A DNA stretch of 64,000 nucleotides, taken from the NCBI GenBank assembly GCA_000934665.2, contig JYFJ02000087.1, forward strand, positions 62,001 through 126,000. The letters run 5' to 3'. Positions 1-14,521 of the stretch are shown piece after piece. Positions within the stretch are counted from its first letter, which is position 1. Each line of letters opens with the position of its first letter. This stretch comes from Catajapyx aquilonaris. Lineage: Eukaryota. The notes beneath the pieces were generated by a model, which was not told the origin of the DNA, made no database searches, and was given only the letters and a program-made list of their open reading frames with translations. Both the position numbers and the translations under genes were made by a program.

Positions 1-3000
1 AAATCAGTATAATTTCCATCCACACAAAGCATCACTGTAGGAGAAAATTTGAAAATTTCCCAAAACCAACAACCGAGGTTGATGATTCGCATCGGTCCGA
101 CCAGAGAGACCTGGTATAATTTTAGTCCCCCCATTTTTGCATATACACAGCATCCACCGTATGTGTAATATCTGGACCCCCCTCTAAACCACGGGGACGA
201 GAAAACACTGCGACCGCAGGATAAAATTTCCCTCGGGTGCAATCGATACTGAAGGGTTCAAAGGGCCGATAACCGTCCCAATATTTGCTCCTATTAATGA
301 ATTCGCCCCAGCAGCACGTGCCAAGGCGGGAATCGCCCTCTAGGTATGTATACAAATCCCCAACATTTTATTCAGCACCCAAACCACACCCAACACTGAT
401 TATTGACACAGTCCCCCTGGTATATCAAATTCTTCGTCCCAAGTGACACATCTGGATATTACCACGGGTCAATAATCACAAGCGGGCATCAAATGTGCCG
501 CGTATGGGTTCAGGGTATATAATGCATTTAGGTCCATATTCGCATGCGCCGCTAACGACAATAACACCTGTCAGGTCAGGACGATGCGCCGACGGTATTT
601 TCTTGTCAGATTCAGTGCGTCAGGTACGTGGCGTGAATACTTTCAAAGAGTAGGGGGGAAATTTATTTATCATTGCGCGGATAACAGCAATTACGCCATT
701 ACGTATTCTGTATGCGAATATTCAAACTGGAAATCGACGCAAATGTGCGGAATTCCAAAAGATTTTTTTAAAGGCTGGAATTCCACATTCATCAGGTTCC
801 TATTCATTTTTAAAATATAATAATTATATTTAGCATCCTCGTTATCCGCTGGTACCCCAGTTTTTTGGGGAAAAAGCTGTGATGAATATGATGATGATGA
901 TTATACAACCTGTACACATATGGTAATCTCATTACTTTCGTATACAGTACATAATTTGCTTGTTGTCCGCGACTTTTCGCTACGCCTCTTCCCGCAACGG
1001 CGTTGCCAGTTATTCGCTAAGCATGATTCGAACAGTACAAATAGTTGCTAATAGTTTACCCAGGCATTTAGGGGTTCGCACAAATGACTGCTAATGATTA
1101 ATTTATGCAACCGCGACATAACCCTAGTAATAATTATCCAGTGGCACCAACTAAATGGCGCGAATGATTATTGTAATACGGCCAACTAAACTACGAGCCG
1201 CATCATCCGAATTACCTCTCGGATCGACTAACAGCCTACCAAATGAACATACGGATCAATATACAAATAAATACCACGCTTTCCGGATCGTATGTCGTTC
1301 AAAACCAGTTCACATTAGCTCGACACACATTACGTAACCTTTTGCTCTGCACGAACTCTTTTTTTGTGTGTACTGAAGATATGTATATAAGAACGGGTCT
1401 GGAAGATCGAGAGGTAAACAGCTGATGGTTTTCTGAGAGGGCGATGAGGTCAACGTACTGGTACCAAAGGGGTGTACCTTGCCTGCAAAAAGAGCCAGCA
1501 GTTTTTTTTTATCCACCTTCCGCGCTGCAAAACTCGGTTGCTTGGTATTCGGCGCGATCATGTCGCCACCAAGATTTATGTCCCGACAATGAGCACCTGA
1601 TTTATCGCTCCATTCTGACTGTCCAATTGCCCATTAGGACCATTCCCCCCGAATTTTTTTTAAACGCTATTTGCCAGCCCGCCCCTCTCGTTTTCTTGCA
1701 AACTCCCGTTTACAAACCCCTTGTCTCCATTAAGCCCTTCTGGAGTAATCCCTCATTGTGAATTGGGATGCTTCATAGATCAATACGAATGTGGACGGTC
1801 CGTTAAAATTTTTGCACCACAATAACTGGAGGTACAGCAATAATGCATGATGACAAGGCAGGGGGAGCTTCCTAACCGATATACAATGCAAACCTGTTAT
1901 GAATATTGAAGGAAATATTGCATGCAGATGACGTAAAAATTAACCGCGATGAAAGCCCCTTTTGTCAGCGGCATCGTTTTTGGGTCACCGATTCGATACG
2001 TGCACAGTACTGCACAAAACATGGCGCGACACAACAGAATGCGAGCGGAGACAGGCGGCACTTCCTTCTGAACATCCTCTTTCCCTATCAGATGACATTT
2101 TCATTGGAGACAAAGAGTGTGACGGATCATGGAAGCTGCGGCGAACCAGAATCTTCGACTCCGATAAATTATAATGAACGATAGAAAAAACTATCAGTGT
2201 GCCAAGTTTCAGTACTCTCAGTAGTCCGAAAGTGGGTTAGTAGCCCGGACATACCAACAAACTTTCTGTTTCATTATGCAAGATTCACATTCATCGAGCC
2301 TGACGTCTGTTTAATTAAATCAAGTACCAGTCTGCACTTCACCGTAACTTTTGACCCTCTTTTGAACCCACTCTTTTGAACCTCCTCAACAATGCGGGGC
2401 CAGCTGTACGTCTACAAAGTGCACCAGAAATTACGTCCGACCAGTGGACGCCACAGGCCCACGTATCAGTCTCACTAATGGCATCCAGCCTTACACGTAA
2501 CCCACATTTTCAGGCCAGAAGCAAACCCCTTTGGCCACCTTTTTATTCCCTCTCTAAGTGCCACATTCCAAGCACTGTACTTCCCCAGTAAATGTTGGGA
2601 ACTCCATAATCTTGAGATGCAGGCCGCGTCAATAGCAAAGACTGACTGCTGGTGTACTGATCGATCGTCAGGTCCAATGAATGCCACAGGTCCTGTGATG
2701 CTGGTTGGCCTTCTCCAAAAAGCCCATCAAGGAATTTCCCCGAGAGTCCTCCGGGTCAATCCACGCCTGGATGGAGCTCTTGATTGCAAGTGTAATTCAA
2801 CCTTTGAAGCTTAGAGGGACACAAGAGGCGAGATGCTTTCATACACATTGCAAACTTGCTATTTTCAACAGTGTTTTCGATTGCGCCTATACTGCTGGTG
2901 GTGAATTTTCAACAATGAGTGTGAGTCATGATGGCCCACAGAGGCCTGTGTGGTGCATTATGGATGAGCCAGAAGGTGGTCGGGTCATCTTTCTGGGGAG

Positions 3001-6000
3001 CCATAATGGGGCTAACTTTTTGCGAATCGGTGGCACAGCGTATTATCCACGTCACTCTCTATATATTCTACTGGGCACAGATTTTCCTCTAAAATTATTC
3101 GCCTGGAAAACTGGTCCGGAGTTGAAGCAGGTGCTGGAGGGAAAATTTTAAGAGAATGTCCATTTTCATGCCAAGTTCTCCCAGGCAAATCGGCCTTCTC
3201 AATAGTGTCACACTCGTGGGGGGACCGGAGCAAAATTATTGAATTTTCAAAAGAGGCAGGAATCAATGTGAGTTTGCATTTTCGCGATGGGGACCTGGGA
3301 CATCTTTGGCACCATCTCCCTCCTCAAGAGCAGATTCATTTCCGTGCATAATTCAATAAAGCGAGCGTCTTTCCCAAGCACCTTGATTATTCCACTCTGC
3401 ATATCCTGAACGAAAAAAAAGAGAGGATTCCGTGGAGAGAGATACGGTATGTCGGCTGCCAAAAACTAACTCACTTTTATATCTGGAATCTCATTAAGCG
3501 CTCCTCTCCTTTCATCCGGCTACAGAATCCGCCGTCTTACTTCTTTTCTCAGCCTTTCTGATCTCGTTTTTTCCCCTCCTTGTAAGCCCACACAGAGCCG
3601 GCTAATATAACAATAAAGCAGGCGGATATATTCCATTCACGTGGTGTACTGGCAATTAATCTGGGCTTTGAGCGTTTTACGAACGGCACACACAAGCGAT
3701 CAATTATGGACACGTTTTGCACTCTGTAAACACGGGTTTGAAGTGGAGGCATGAATAATTCAGTTTATTGGCATGCGTCGGTCCCCGTCTCAAGAGAATG
3801 TGATGGGACGTGATGGTGAGCAGTGCACCACAATCAATTCCTCGAGTCTGTATATACGACGAGCACAAGACGTCTAATCTCATAAAGCAGGTCTGACATT
3901 TAGTGTGAAATATTGTGCGGCTAGAAGTGCTCGTTAACCGGATTTAACAATTGAGTACGAAAAGTGCCTGATTGACACCTCTTGAAAGATTTAGGCTTGA
4001 AGCATGTGTACAGAACTTGAAGGCTGAAGTGAAACATTTTTCAAGCCAATCTTCCCTATGGGGTTGTGCCAATTGATCGGAAGCCTTGACCACATTATAC
4101 AGCGGTATGTACTGTACAGAAATATTGCCTTGAGACGGCAATATGGCCCGTATCGATGATTTGTAAACCAAATGCTCATTCTAATTCGTTGAAAGTCGGG
4201 CAAATATGTTTACGTATGGCTCGAGCACCGACTTGGGTATTCCATTATTCCAGTACTACATCATTCGTTTAAAAAAACGCCCCCGGTCCGTTTTTGGACT
4301 AGATTATGTGAATATTTGGCCAAGTTGAATTCTTAAGCAGCCGTCTAGCCCTAAGCGGGTTTGAATAATCGCCAAGCTTCCCTGTTTCCTAATACCGCTA
4401 CAGTACAAAAAAAAAAAAGTCGTGTGCGCTAAACGTTTTCTCAAGAGAACCCTTTAATTTCTTCCGGCTACGTTCTCCAAATTGGGCTGCGCCAATTGGG
4501 GATCGTCCTAAAAAAATCCATGGTGTTCTAGTGTAGTTCCTAGAATTCCTAACTGAATCAGACACATGCTCCAACTACCAACTATAATATTCCGGGTCAC
4601 AAAAAAAAAATCCTGATTTTCCTTGATGATGTTGCTGGCTTTTGGTGGCGGATGGCTTGACCTCTGGAAAAGGTAAAGCCAGTGGTGGCACACGATTTAC
4701 GGGATAAGATTCGACTCTGCGCCATTCTTTATGGCCGGCGCCTGTGCTTTTAACAAGCATAAAAACAAGAGTCTGGTCGTCCCTGCCCGAAAGGGTCAAC
4801 TCGGGTGCCTGTCATGAAGGAATCGGGTCCGGGCTTTGACCCCAGATCAACATCAAGCTTCCCACACATCGACTCAACAATGATGCTGCAGCCTTTGCCC
4901 GTAAAGAGCAAATATTACGACCCAATATAAATCACATTGTTGGGACTTAAAAAACAATCGATTTATTGACTAGCTTCTAAACATATGATACATTATCACC
5001 GATAGCAACCGCAAGTATTGAACTGGTGCCGAGTGAATAACGGACCCCAAAAAACCTTGGTCGATCCAGTAAACAAAGAATAGTATTTTTCACGTCTCTA
5101 TCTTCCCTTTTTTCCGTTCTAGAGCGCAACCGTTCTTCTTCTTCTTTTTCAATTATGGCCCCTGACAAGTTTATTGGCACCGGCTGTCGCACTGTTAGGC
5201 TACGGAATTTCCTACTATTAAGCCCATTACGACACTTCATCGCTCCTTGGAAGCCTTGGGGATTTCTCCTCCCCCTAATGCGGTTACGGGGTTTTTCTTT
5301 CAATGAAAGCCGCTCTCAAGCGCTTCCAACCTATATATTCCGAATGCGAGGTACTCCGAAAGTGTGTTTTTTTCTGAGGCGTGATGTCCTCTCCATCTCG
5401 GTCTTAATACATCAATGCTGAATATTGGGGCCACTAATTCCGGAATAATTGCCAGCCCTTTGATGGGGAATAATTAGCTCCTTTGAAGAGCGGTCGTTAC
5501 TTTGCTCTTTGCATATAGTATAAAAGGAACTGCATAATCATATTGGACGCCGAGAGTCTTCAGACATTATAATTGCCATGGAGGATTACCTGTTGGCTGA
5601 GGTGCACAAACGGCGCGCATTATTTTTGAAACGCAATTTTCTAAAAATGCACGCAATGTGAAAATTCTTGACTGAACTTCACCTATCACGCGATAATACT
5701 GGGTGGGGGTTGGGGGAAAAAAAATCCCCCCACGAAGCCCTAAAATCGTCCTTATCTTTTAATTAACCAGCAGCAGCGCGTCGCAGCATGATAGCAAATC
5801 CTCTCGTGTCATCTCGGGGAAGGGTTTTTAGTGTTTTCTTACGGCAAGTAACTGAAACGAGGCAATAGAAATGGTTACTCTTGATTGCCTATATCCTCGC
5901 AGAAAGGTAACCGCGCCCTCGCTCAAAACGCTACTTTCTCCTCCCCTTTACGATTCATTCTATTCAGTTACACAGCCCTGTAAATTTCTGCCGACGTATA

Positions 6001-6752
6001 AACGCCGCATTCATTATTTACGACACGTTAAACGAAGTTACATCAACTGAAATTCCGTCCCACGTTTGTTAATAATCGCAACTAAATGTTGCTATTTACT
6101 TATGACATAAAAGGAATATCAGCCTGAAGTCACAAAGCCAAAATGTTGCGACTGAATGCATTGTGTGTTAATAATCTCCAAATTTTGCATTTATAAGAAA
6201 TTCTTCGTGCTTACACACAGAAGCGCGGATATTTATGTGAGCGTGAGAAGAAACCGGTTTGCTATCCCCACCGACGATATAAATCCCGGATGATCCTAAT
6301 CACGTGCGCCAAAGTGCATTGTCAAGGGGCAAGGTTGGGCTCCAGCAAGTAAAGCCTTGAAAAGGGGCCCATGGCCTGACGACATGCGCCGAGTTAATGA
6401 CCCAGCTGCCCAACCCGGATTGAAATGATCAATCATGAGGCTTGGACACTCCAGGGTCTCTGTCTGCTGGGAATCTTCTTGTTCCTACCGCAATTCCCCT
6501 ATTTCTTAATAGCGGACTCCGAGGGGGTCAACGACGCAGAAACCCGAAATTGTCCTTTTTTTTGATAGCGGTTTGTACACATAAAAAGAGGAATTTGTCA
6601 TTACGTTTGTGGTCATATATTGTATGGCCTTACAATATAATTACAAGTGAGTTGACCCAAATTCCGCACGGTTCCAATCAGCCTTGCAAGTAATGTCCTC
6701 CGGCCTTGTTCTTATCGCATGGACCAGCTAACTAGCACTGAAATATTCCTAC

Positions 6753-6868
6753 CTGAGCCAATCTGATGGGCGCCTTCTCCTCCTCCGCAATTCGTTGAGC
6801 CGATGGTTCAATAAGCGCCCTCCGGAAGCAGGATCCATCGGGAAGCTCATCACACAGAAGGTTGCAAT
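6753..6868 (-). other. Candidate internal exon (116 nt) of an unidentified minus-strand gene
   Basis: On the minus strand: acceptor gtctctcctctttccag, a GC-rich body with two open frames, and donor CAG|GTAGGA. No product recognised. Confidence 0.4.
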
Positions 6869-9800
6869 CTGGAAAGAGGAGAGACGCCCCTGAAGTGTAA
6901 ATTATTGCCTACTACCATTTGTTACTACTCCCTGCGACCCCAAAAGCGGCGAGGAGTGCTCAATAAGAAATTGATTTCGGGACTCTGGATTTATCTTTTC
7001 CAAAGGGTCCGAAGTGGCCATTAGGGGCATCGGACACGTGCGGTGTAACAGTGCTGGGGGTATGGCACACCTCAAGTTTAATCGGAGAGAGCCGGGCTCC
7101 CAACCTACTGTTAATCACAGCGCAAACGGCCTCTACTATCTTAACAATGTTAATTGCACCTTTGTTCAACCGCTCAATGGCGCAATTGGGAGGCCTCATA
7201 AAGCATTATGAAAGTGGGACGACATGAATAAAAATCTCTCTGGCTGTGGAACATCCATTGAGCCAACCAGCTCTAAAACCAAATGACATTTTGGAATTGG
7301 GGAGAGGGGGAGAGGGGGGGGGGATATTTAAAAAAGAAGAGGGGGTGGGTGGATCGATGTTCACAGCTGGCCGATTTGCATACCTGCAATAGACCTAACG
7401 GCTATGGGATAGGCTTTCGCGCCCAACCGCACGTGTATTTATTGCCAGCATCCGACATTATGTTTGCCGCACTGACACCAAGCAATGCATCACTATCGGG
7501 AAGAGATAAGCGTGGAAATCAGTTGGCCGTAACCATAAAGCCTGAATTATGAGCTCTGACTCCATCGTGTTTGTTTAAATTTGCGACTCTGTTTATACCC
7601 TACCCTTTTAAAAAATTGTGATTGTTTTGTCACAAGTACAACATACAACACCGATCGGAACCTATCAAAAAATCATTACGTTAACCACCCAAAACTGATA
7701 CGGATCGACAACAATTTAATTAAGCGACCCCCGAGGGCCATAGTCCGGCCCCAAAAAATCGCTCTTCCCACCCTCATGTGGACCGCAAGAAAAACCGGTC
7801 CTGCCCTTATAATTTGGAGAGTCTGAGCAGGTAATTTGAGCTTTCCAGGAGCCTTCTACAATTTGTTTTAGATGACGGGGGCTAGTCGAAACCTCATGAG
7901 AAAAAGCGAAAGTTCTATCTAGTTTTGTTCGTGAAACTGGCGGTGGTTAGACCCCCAGAATAATTAAAGTATTAGGTAAAAAAAAGCGCCTACTGGTCTG
8001 GAGATTTGGAATAAAAAAAGTGGTCAGACTTCTTGAAAGAAAGATCCCACCTGTGCTGGTTTAGAATCACGGTTGGATACGTCTGTAAACGAACGTTACA
8101 TTCACCAAGCGCGTGTGTGATGCACAGTTTAATCCCTTTAAGGCTTGGCTAAAGTACTGGAATGTTGGCATGGGCTTGATGAATGTGGGCATGGAAAGGT
8201 ACCATGGGTGGTCAAGAACCAGCTACTGTGTGTGTATAGAGAGGAGACTGGAAAATTTTCTGCCGACAGCTATACCAACAAACTCCCAGAAACTGAACCT
8301 TTGGTGGGGGCCAAAAAGGTCCTGTGCGATACGCACATTCCAGACAAGTTTTCGAAATTAATTACACGACTTTTTCGCATGGGGCGACTCGGGCGATTCA
8401 ATTTCCGTGCTGCCTTTGTCAGGGTTTTTTTTTTTCTCCAGTACTGGGTACATCACGGTGAATTTCTGAGATGACGTTTCCCAGGCGAACACTGCTGACT
8501 TTATTATTGGTAGAAACCAAGTTAACGCGTCGTATTGTTTCCAAAGTTTGTGCGGCCTACTGCATCAGCGGAGAAAGAGAAAACGTTTCCAGGTTGATAA
8601 TAAATTCTGGGCAACACATTTACTAAGGCGTCTCATCTAGATTAGTGTCAGGAGGATGTGAGGCATGCTTCTCGACGGCTTATGTTTCTTTTTACAGGCC
8701 ATTACAAGGCTTGAGTCATATCTTGGAGGAATCGACGATAGGACTAAATGCTGCGTCTGCAATTTTCACGTCAGTAAAGTTAGACGCCTACCTAAGTATC
8801 GTATAATTATGAGCTGCACACCGCATATGGAAAAGGGGATGGTGAGCTACTAAATTTCGAAAAATTCCAACAGTAATAACGTCACACATTGTTGCCATAT
8901 TGTATATCAAAAATTCATTAAAATAACGAAATCTCGATTTCTTGGACCTGTAGTGTTTGGTCTCGTGGTATGAACTCGATTATACAAAGGCACAAGTACG
9001 GAGTTCTAAAGTGTGTACATACTTTAGTCTCAATTTAGTATCAGTTACAATATCGCTCGATGACGAACACACGAGCAGATTAACTTTAAAATTCGAATCT
9101 GCGTGGATGCTATCATGCTAGCCCCAAAAAGAAGCGGGTCATTAAAAAGCACTCCGACAGTGAAGAGCAAATTTGAACTGCACAAAACTGCACACATAAC
9201 AAAGCAAATGTACTGTACGTACAATAAGAGAGTCTGCAATTTGGTCAAGAGATAAAGCTTCATATAAGCTACCGTTGGAGGCCTCCGAGGTGTAAGTAAA
9301 CATCCAGCGTACTCTACGTCTCCGACTTGACACCATTTCTATTTAAAATCTAGGAATACAAGATTTAACTAACCAATATATTCACAGGGTAAATTCTCTT
9401 TAGCAATGCTAAAATTCCTGTAAGAAAGGATCCCTTCCAGAATTTTCTTGCATGGGTCGCCACAATTAGTTTCTCATAATGTAGATTGTACATCTAACAT
9501 GAAAAACTAAAATTCAGTTTCTATTCAGTTGTCTGCGAATATCTGCACTTGAAATTAGAATTTTTGCCACTTTTCCTATCCGAAAATTTCCACAGGAGAT
9601 GGCAGCAACCTAAACAATTTAATTTATTCTAACAATGTCAAATGGGGTGCGATTTTTCGAGAGGCATATTGTTCACTAAAATTGAGCACAGGATAAGGCT
9701 CCCATCAAATATGGTAATTACAATGGGGAAGCATGATTTTAGATATATAAATTTCATTAATACCATTTTTAGTGGAACAATTAACAAATATAAAATTCCG

Positions 9801-12800
9801 CCATTATTTATTATTTATGTACGAAAACGTTGAAAATTTGCACATTTCAAATGCAGAGATTTACACAATTCCTGAGAAGGAATGGCATAACTGAGTTTCA
9901 ATTTTTAATCATTAGTAGCAACAACTAAAAATAAAATGAATAAAAATGGGAACCCTTTCATTTTTTATTAACTATAGGACTGCATCAAAGGTAACCATAT
10001 ACGTTTTGTTTCCTGCTGATTCACAGAATACATTATCATTAGAGCGTGGCTGTTCACACCTCTGCTAATTATGCCGCACTAATGCAGAAGTGTAGTAATG
10101 CATTATTGTACACTAAGGGTTAGATCCTCTAAGGGATAAGTCGCATGGCATCATACCGTAATGCAATTATTGTCATAACGCTCGGGAGTACTTTAGGATA
10201 TTAAAATACGCTAAAAATGTTACTCTGCAGTAAGTGTCAATTCAATGTCATTGCGAATACATAAATAATAATTAAGTATCATTAAGACCATCATATATAT
10301 CTCATTCGTCACCCTCCCACAGTGTCACAAAGCGAATTAGTTTTAAATGATTGATGAACAAGTGAGAGTTGGTGGCTTTCGGTCTCTTTTGTTGGCTCTA
10401 TCAATATGCTGTAAAACACTGACGCTAAATTTTGCTGCCAAACTGTTGCGTCACCAGCTATTGTCGCGTTCATGAGGCCAACAGTTCCGCTCCACATGAC
10501 GCGTAATAATTACATGCGCAGTTACATTCAAGGTGATTGTAAACACGCTTACAGTATACCTTCACATTACAAGGGAGAGGAAGTGCGACAGTAATTTTTT
10601 TATCAACTCTAATAACTTTCCTAACTTTCACGCAAGGGCAGAATACGGTATTACATATATTCCCTGGGATCAAAACCATTGTCCGTGACCTCCAGTGGGA
10701 ACAAATTCCCAGGCCATTATCACATAGAGCAATCATTATGATGTGCACTTTACGCTCTCAACAGGTGATGGGACATTAGTCGACACACCTGCTACGGTAC
10801 TGTAATAATTGAATGATATATACTGTAATCTGTGTAAATATTTAATTAATATTAATAATATTAATAATAATGACAATATTTTGGTGCCAACTAATGTAAA
10901 ATGCAGTAATTGTGGCATAATGACGCATGTAACGCAGCAACGGAGGTCTACAGTAACTCGTTCGGACATGCGGCACCCCAGAAAGTGAATTCTAGTGTGT
11001 CCGCTGTCATAACCAAACCACTAACAACAAAGCCTACAGTGGTTATTATGACAACTGCGTAAATCCAAAGTTGAACAAGCTTGCTAGTACTAAAATTAAT
11101 TTCAATTGTATTACTTCATACCTCATTTACACCGCGATGCACTGTACCAGTGAAAAAACATCACATTTTGCAACTTTTAGCCAGATGAGAAATTAACCTC
11201 TTGCTTTGGTAATTTACTTTACCGCACATTTATTTCTGTGATTTGCGAAAATGACCCATGGGACAGCCAGTATATGACCCAGTTTCAGCTTTAAAATATC
11301 CACTGTAACCAGCACCAGCGGCGGTTGCTTCTCGAGCATGGGCTTCTCGATGCATGAGTATAACTCGCGTAAAAAATCACCTAACATAAAACTCATAAAA
11401 CATCGTATCGTGTGGCATATCTGTAATGTTTAATGTTGGCTATGGAACCTTTTCCACTACCCTGTACACAGCATGGGCTTATGTAAAATTACCATTGTTA
11501 CGCCTGGATTGTATAAAGCAAAGCCCAACGCCATATGCCAAAGTTGCAGCATCCATGTGAAAAGGTTCACTGGAGTAAGCTTCCCCGGAATCGGGAAACA
11601 GAACAAAATCCAATTATTCCTCAGAGAAATCCCATTTAAAGAGTGCGGCACTGTATGGTTTAAACACCCATATGCATGCAGTGCAGTGAAAATGCATATG
11701 ATTACTACCCTCCAAGCGTTGCACTTACACAAAAACACGCACAACGTACAGCCTTTTTATTAAATTTGCTAAAAAACCACTTCAAATGAATCTACAGTAT
11801 TACTGTTTGCACCTCGCCCGAAGCCTGTAAGTTGGAAAGTGGCAAGTTGGATATGTTAACTTACACGAATCATCAGCAATTTTCTAACTAATACCCTCAC
11901 AATAACTCATCCCATGACAGAAAAAAAACACTAACAGACCTATTTTCACATATTTCCAACCCATAAAAACTGCTGGGTCCAAAAATGACTGGCCTATAAA
12001 AACAGCAGGAATTTTCTCAAACCAATTTGAGGCATCTCCCCTTTCGTGCATGGCTGTACTTGTATACCGAGAGTTCCTGCATGCTAAGTTTTACTTTGGA
12101 GAATCCGGCCGAATAACAAAGGCGTGGGAGGGCAGGAAAAAAAGGAGGCGGTTCGAGCCCAGGAGATGCCCCGCTGAATCACCTGGCCCGGGACCACGTA
12201 CCTAATTTATTCCGCCAGGTGAATCTACCTGTCACTGACTCATAGGCACGTTTCCTCTTCCTTTCCATCCAACCAACAAAAAAAAACCACAGTAAATAAA
12301 AACGGGCAAGTACCAAGCATGGAAAATTGCGCTACCTGAATTGGTTTTCATCTCGTACAAAATCCGCAGTTTGGAGCGTCGAAGAAAAGAAAAACCCTTT
12401 CTCCAAATACCAGGCTCGGCCTTGTTTTTCTCCGGAACTCCAACCCTCTGTGTAAAACCCGGGCTGAGAGGACTTGGTGGGCTCGTAAATGCTCACTAAA
12501 ACCTCTTCCCAATTACCTTTCCTTCTCTGCAACTAGATGAAATGCGGGCACCTGGGACGAATGGGTGGGCTTTTCCTGTCTGATTTTCTTGCCAGAGTAC
12601 GACCTTGTGACCTGACTTTGTTATGGAAGGTCTACCGCCAAGATTGGCTTTCAAAATTATATTTCATCCGCAATTTTGTACCGCTTTGTGTTAAGCCCCC
12701 CGACTTACTTAGCCTCGACTTACGTAATGTTCCGACATACGCAAAAAAAATCCTGGCTAACGATGCGATTTTAGTTCATATGATAATATCACATTCGGCC

Positions 12801-14392
12801 CACTCGCGTCCCTTACTGGATAAACCATTTTTGCATCCGAGCTCCCTGTGTTGTTTCAGTTTCAAAGGTCGTGAGGGGCTCCAATTTTGATAAACATGTC
12901 ATGCGTCCCATTTTGCAACTAAAGCCCTTCAGATCTGATGCCGTCATCCAATGCATTCGAAAACCGCTACAGGTACTTGCCCAAACCCAGAATAATTCGC
13001 TCACCCTGATATTTCCCAGTTGAGAATATGGAAATGACGAAATATAAATTAATTGCACATAAATAGGGTGTCATGATGGTCGCCTACGTATAGAGTGGCA
13101 TCTTGCCCACACGATGGCACAAAAATGCCTCCTCCAGCGCACATATGACCAAGGTCACAGAGGTTTAAAAATGCGCGATGGGAGTCAGAAGTGTTCGCTC
13201 ACAGCGCGCGCTGCATCAAATGAATTCGCTCAGGTACAATGACTCGATGCTCTGGCAAGTTNGTCAGTAGCAGAACGTGAGAAATGGGCAAGATGTGAGC
13301 TTATCCAGGCGTCAAACGCACCATTAAAGAGCTGGGGTCCTTGTGCATGCATTAGGCGGACCGAGAGATGGTTCCTTTGTAGCCAGAGCGCTAAGTTGAC
13401 TTTGGCAGGGTCCAATCCAGGCAAAACTTCTACCCACTTCTTTACGCCTCTCGGGCACATTTAAGCTCCGTGAAAGTGCCAGGCAAATGGGCAAAATCCA
13501 GGATTAAAAATGATTCCCATACATTTCTGCAGATTAACTAATACGTTAACCCTTATCTGCATTAAGCGGAGAAGTTAGAAGGATAATGTTGTAATTGCAA
13601 TTTTTTTGAGGGTAATTCTAGGGTCGGACTCGAGGTGAGTTATTGATTCTGAAGCGACATCCAGCACGTTCTATTACGATGAAACTTCCTCGAGCTGCTT
13701 AATCCGAGGATGAACTTATGGCTGGGAATCATTGGGCGGAAGATCGGTCGGGCGAAAATTCTGGCTCCTTCTCATCCTCAAAATCCCTGCAAGCGCACTC
13801 CGGAAAATCCGGGGATTGATGATAAGGATGGCTGGGGAAGGCCTGGAGGCTGTAGGAAAAAAAGTACAGGAGAAGAAGACGAAGGCGACGTGAGTAGGCG
13901 GGTTGGGCGTTGACGTGGGACATACACTACCACCAAAAAAAAAAAAAGTGATTCTCGACATTCACGTCTGGACTTAACACCCTGTTGTTTCATACAGTTT
14001 GCACCGGTTGTAAAATCGGGAAGGCGGAATCAAAGTTCAGCCAATGTGCCAAGAGGCGGGGATGCACACCTGTGGGACCCACCATTTTATGAGGTCCTAT
14101 CAGAAAATTCGGGAACACCATCCTTGGGGTGTTCCTTGTCGTAGGTCAATGTATCTAGTTATACAGCCTCTATAAATGAGTTCACAAAGGGGTTTAAAAT
14201 AGCCATTTTTGATCGTAATAACAAATCATTTACTGACTTAATACTGGGCTGTGCATATAAAGCATTTAACTGCCTCCATCAATCTGTACATAAAAACAGA
14301 AGCAATTATGTCTTAATACCTGGCAAGCAGGAAAATAAAGTCATATTTTGGTACAAAATTGAGTTCATAGCATAGTGTATTTGAGGTACATT

Positions 14393-14521
14393 TTCACCGC
14401 CCTCCTGAAAATATTTTATAACTGTAAAAGGCCTATACTTATGTCAACAATGTTTTCAGCAACGAATAACAAATTTATCTGGCTCTTTTCTAATTGGAAA
14501 ATATTTCCTGGAGGCGGTGAA
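14393..14521. mobile_element. Small degenerate MITE-like element with ~24 bp imperfect inverted ends
   Basis: TTCACCGCCCTCCTGAAAATATTTT ... AAAATATTTCCTGGAGGCGGTGAA; no clear target-site duplication. Confidence 0.45.

Noticed and set aside
13262..13262. Single N base
   Set aside because: Assembly ambiguity, not a biological feature.
13690..13900. Strong minus-strand polypyrimidine acceptor at ~13850
   Set aside because: No convincing downstream donor or sustained frame.
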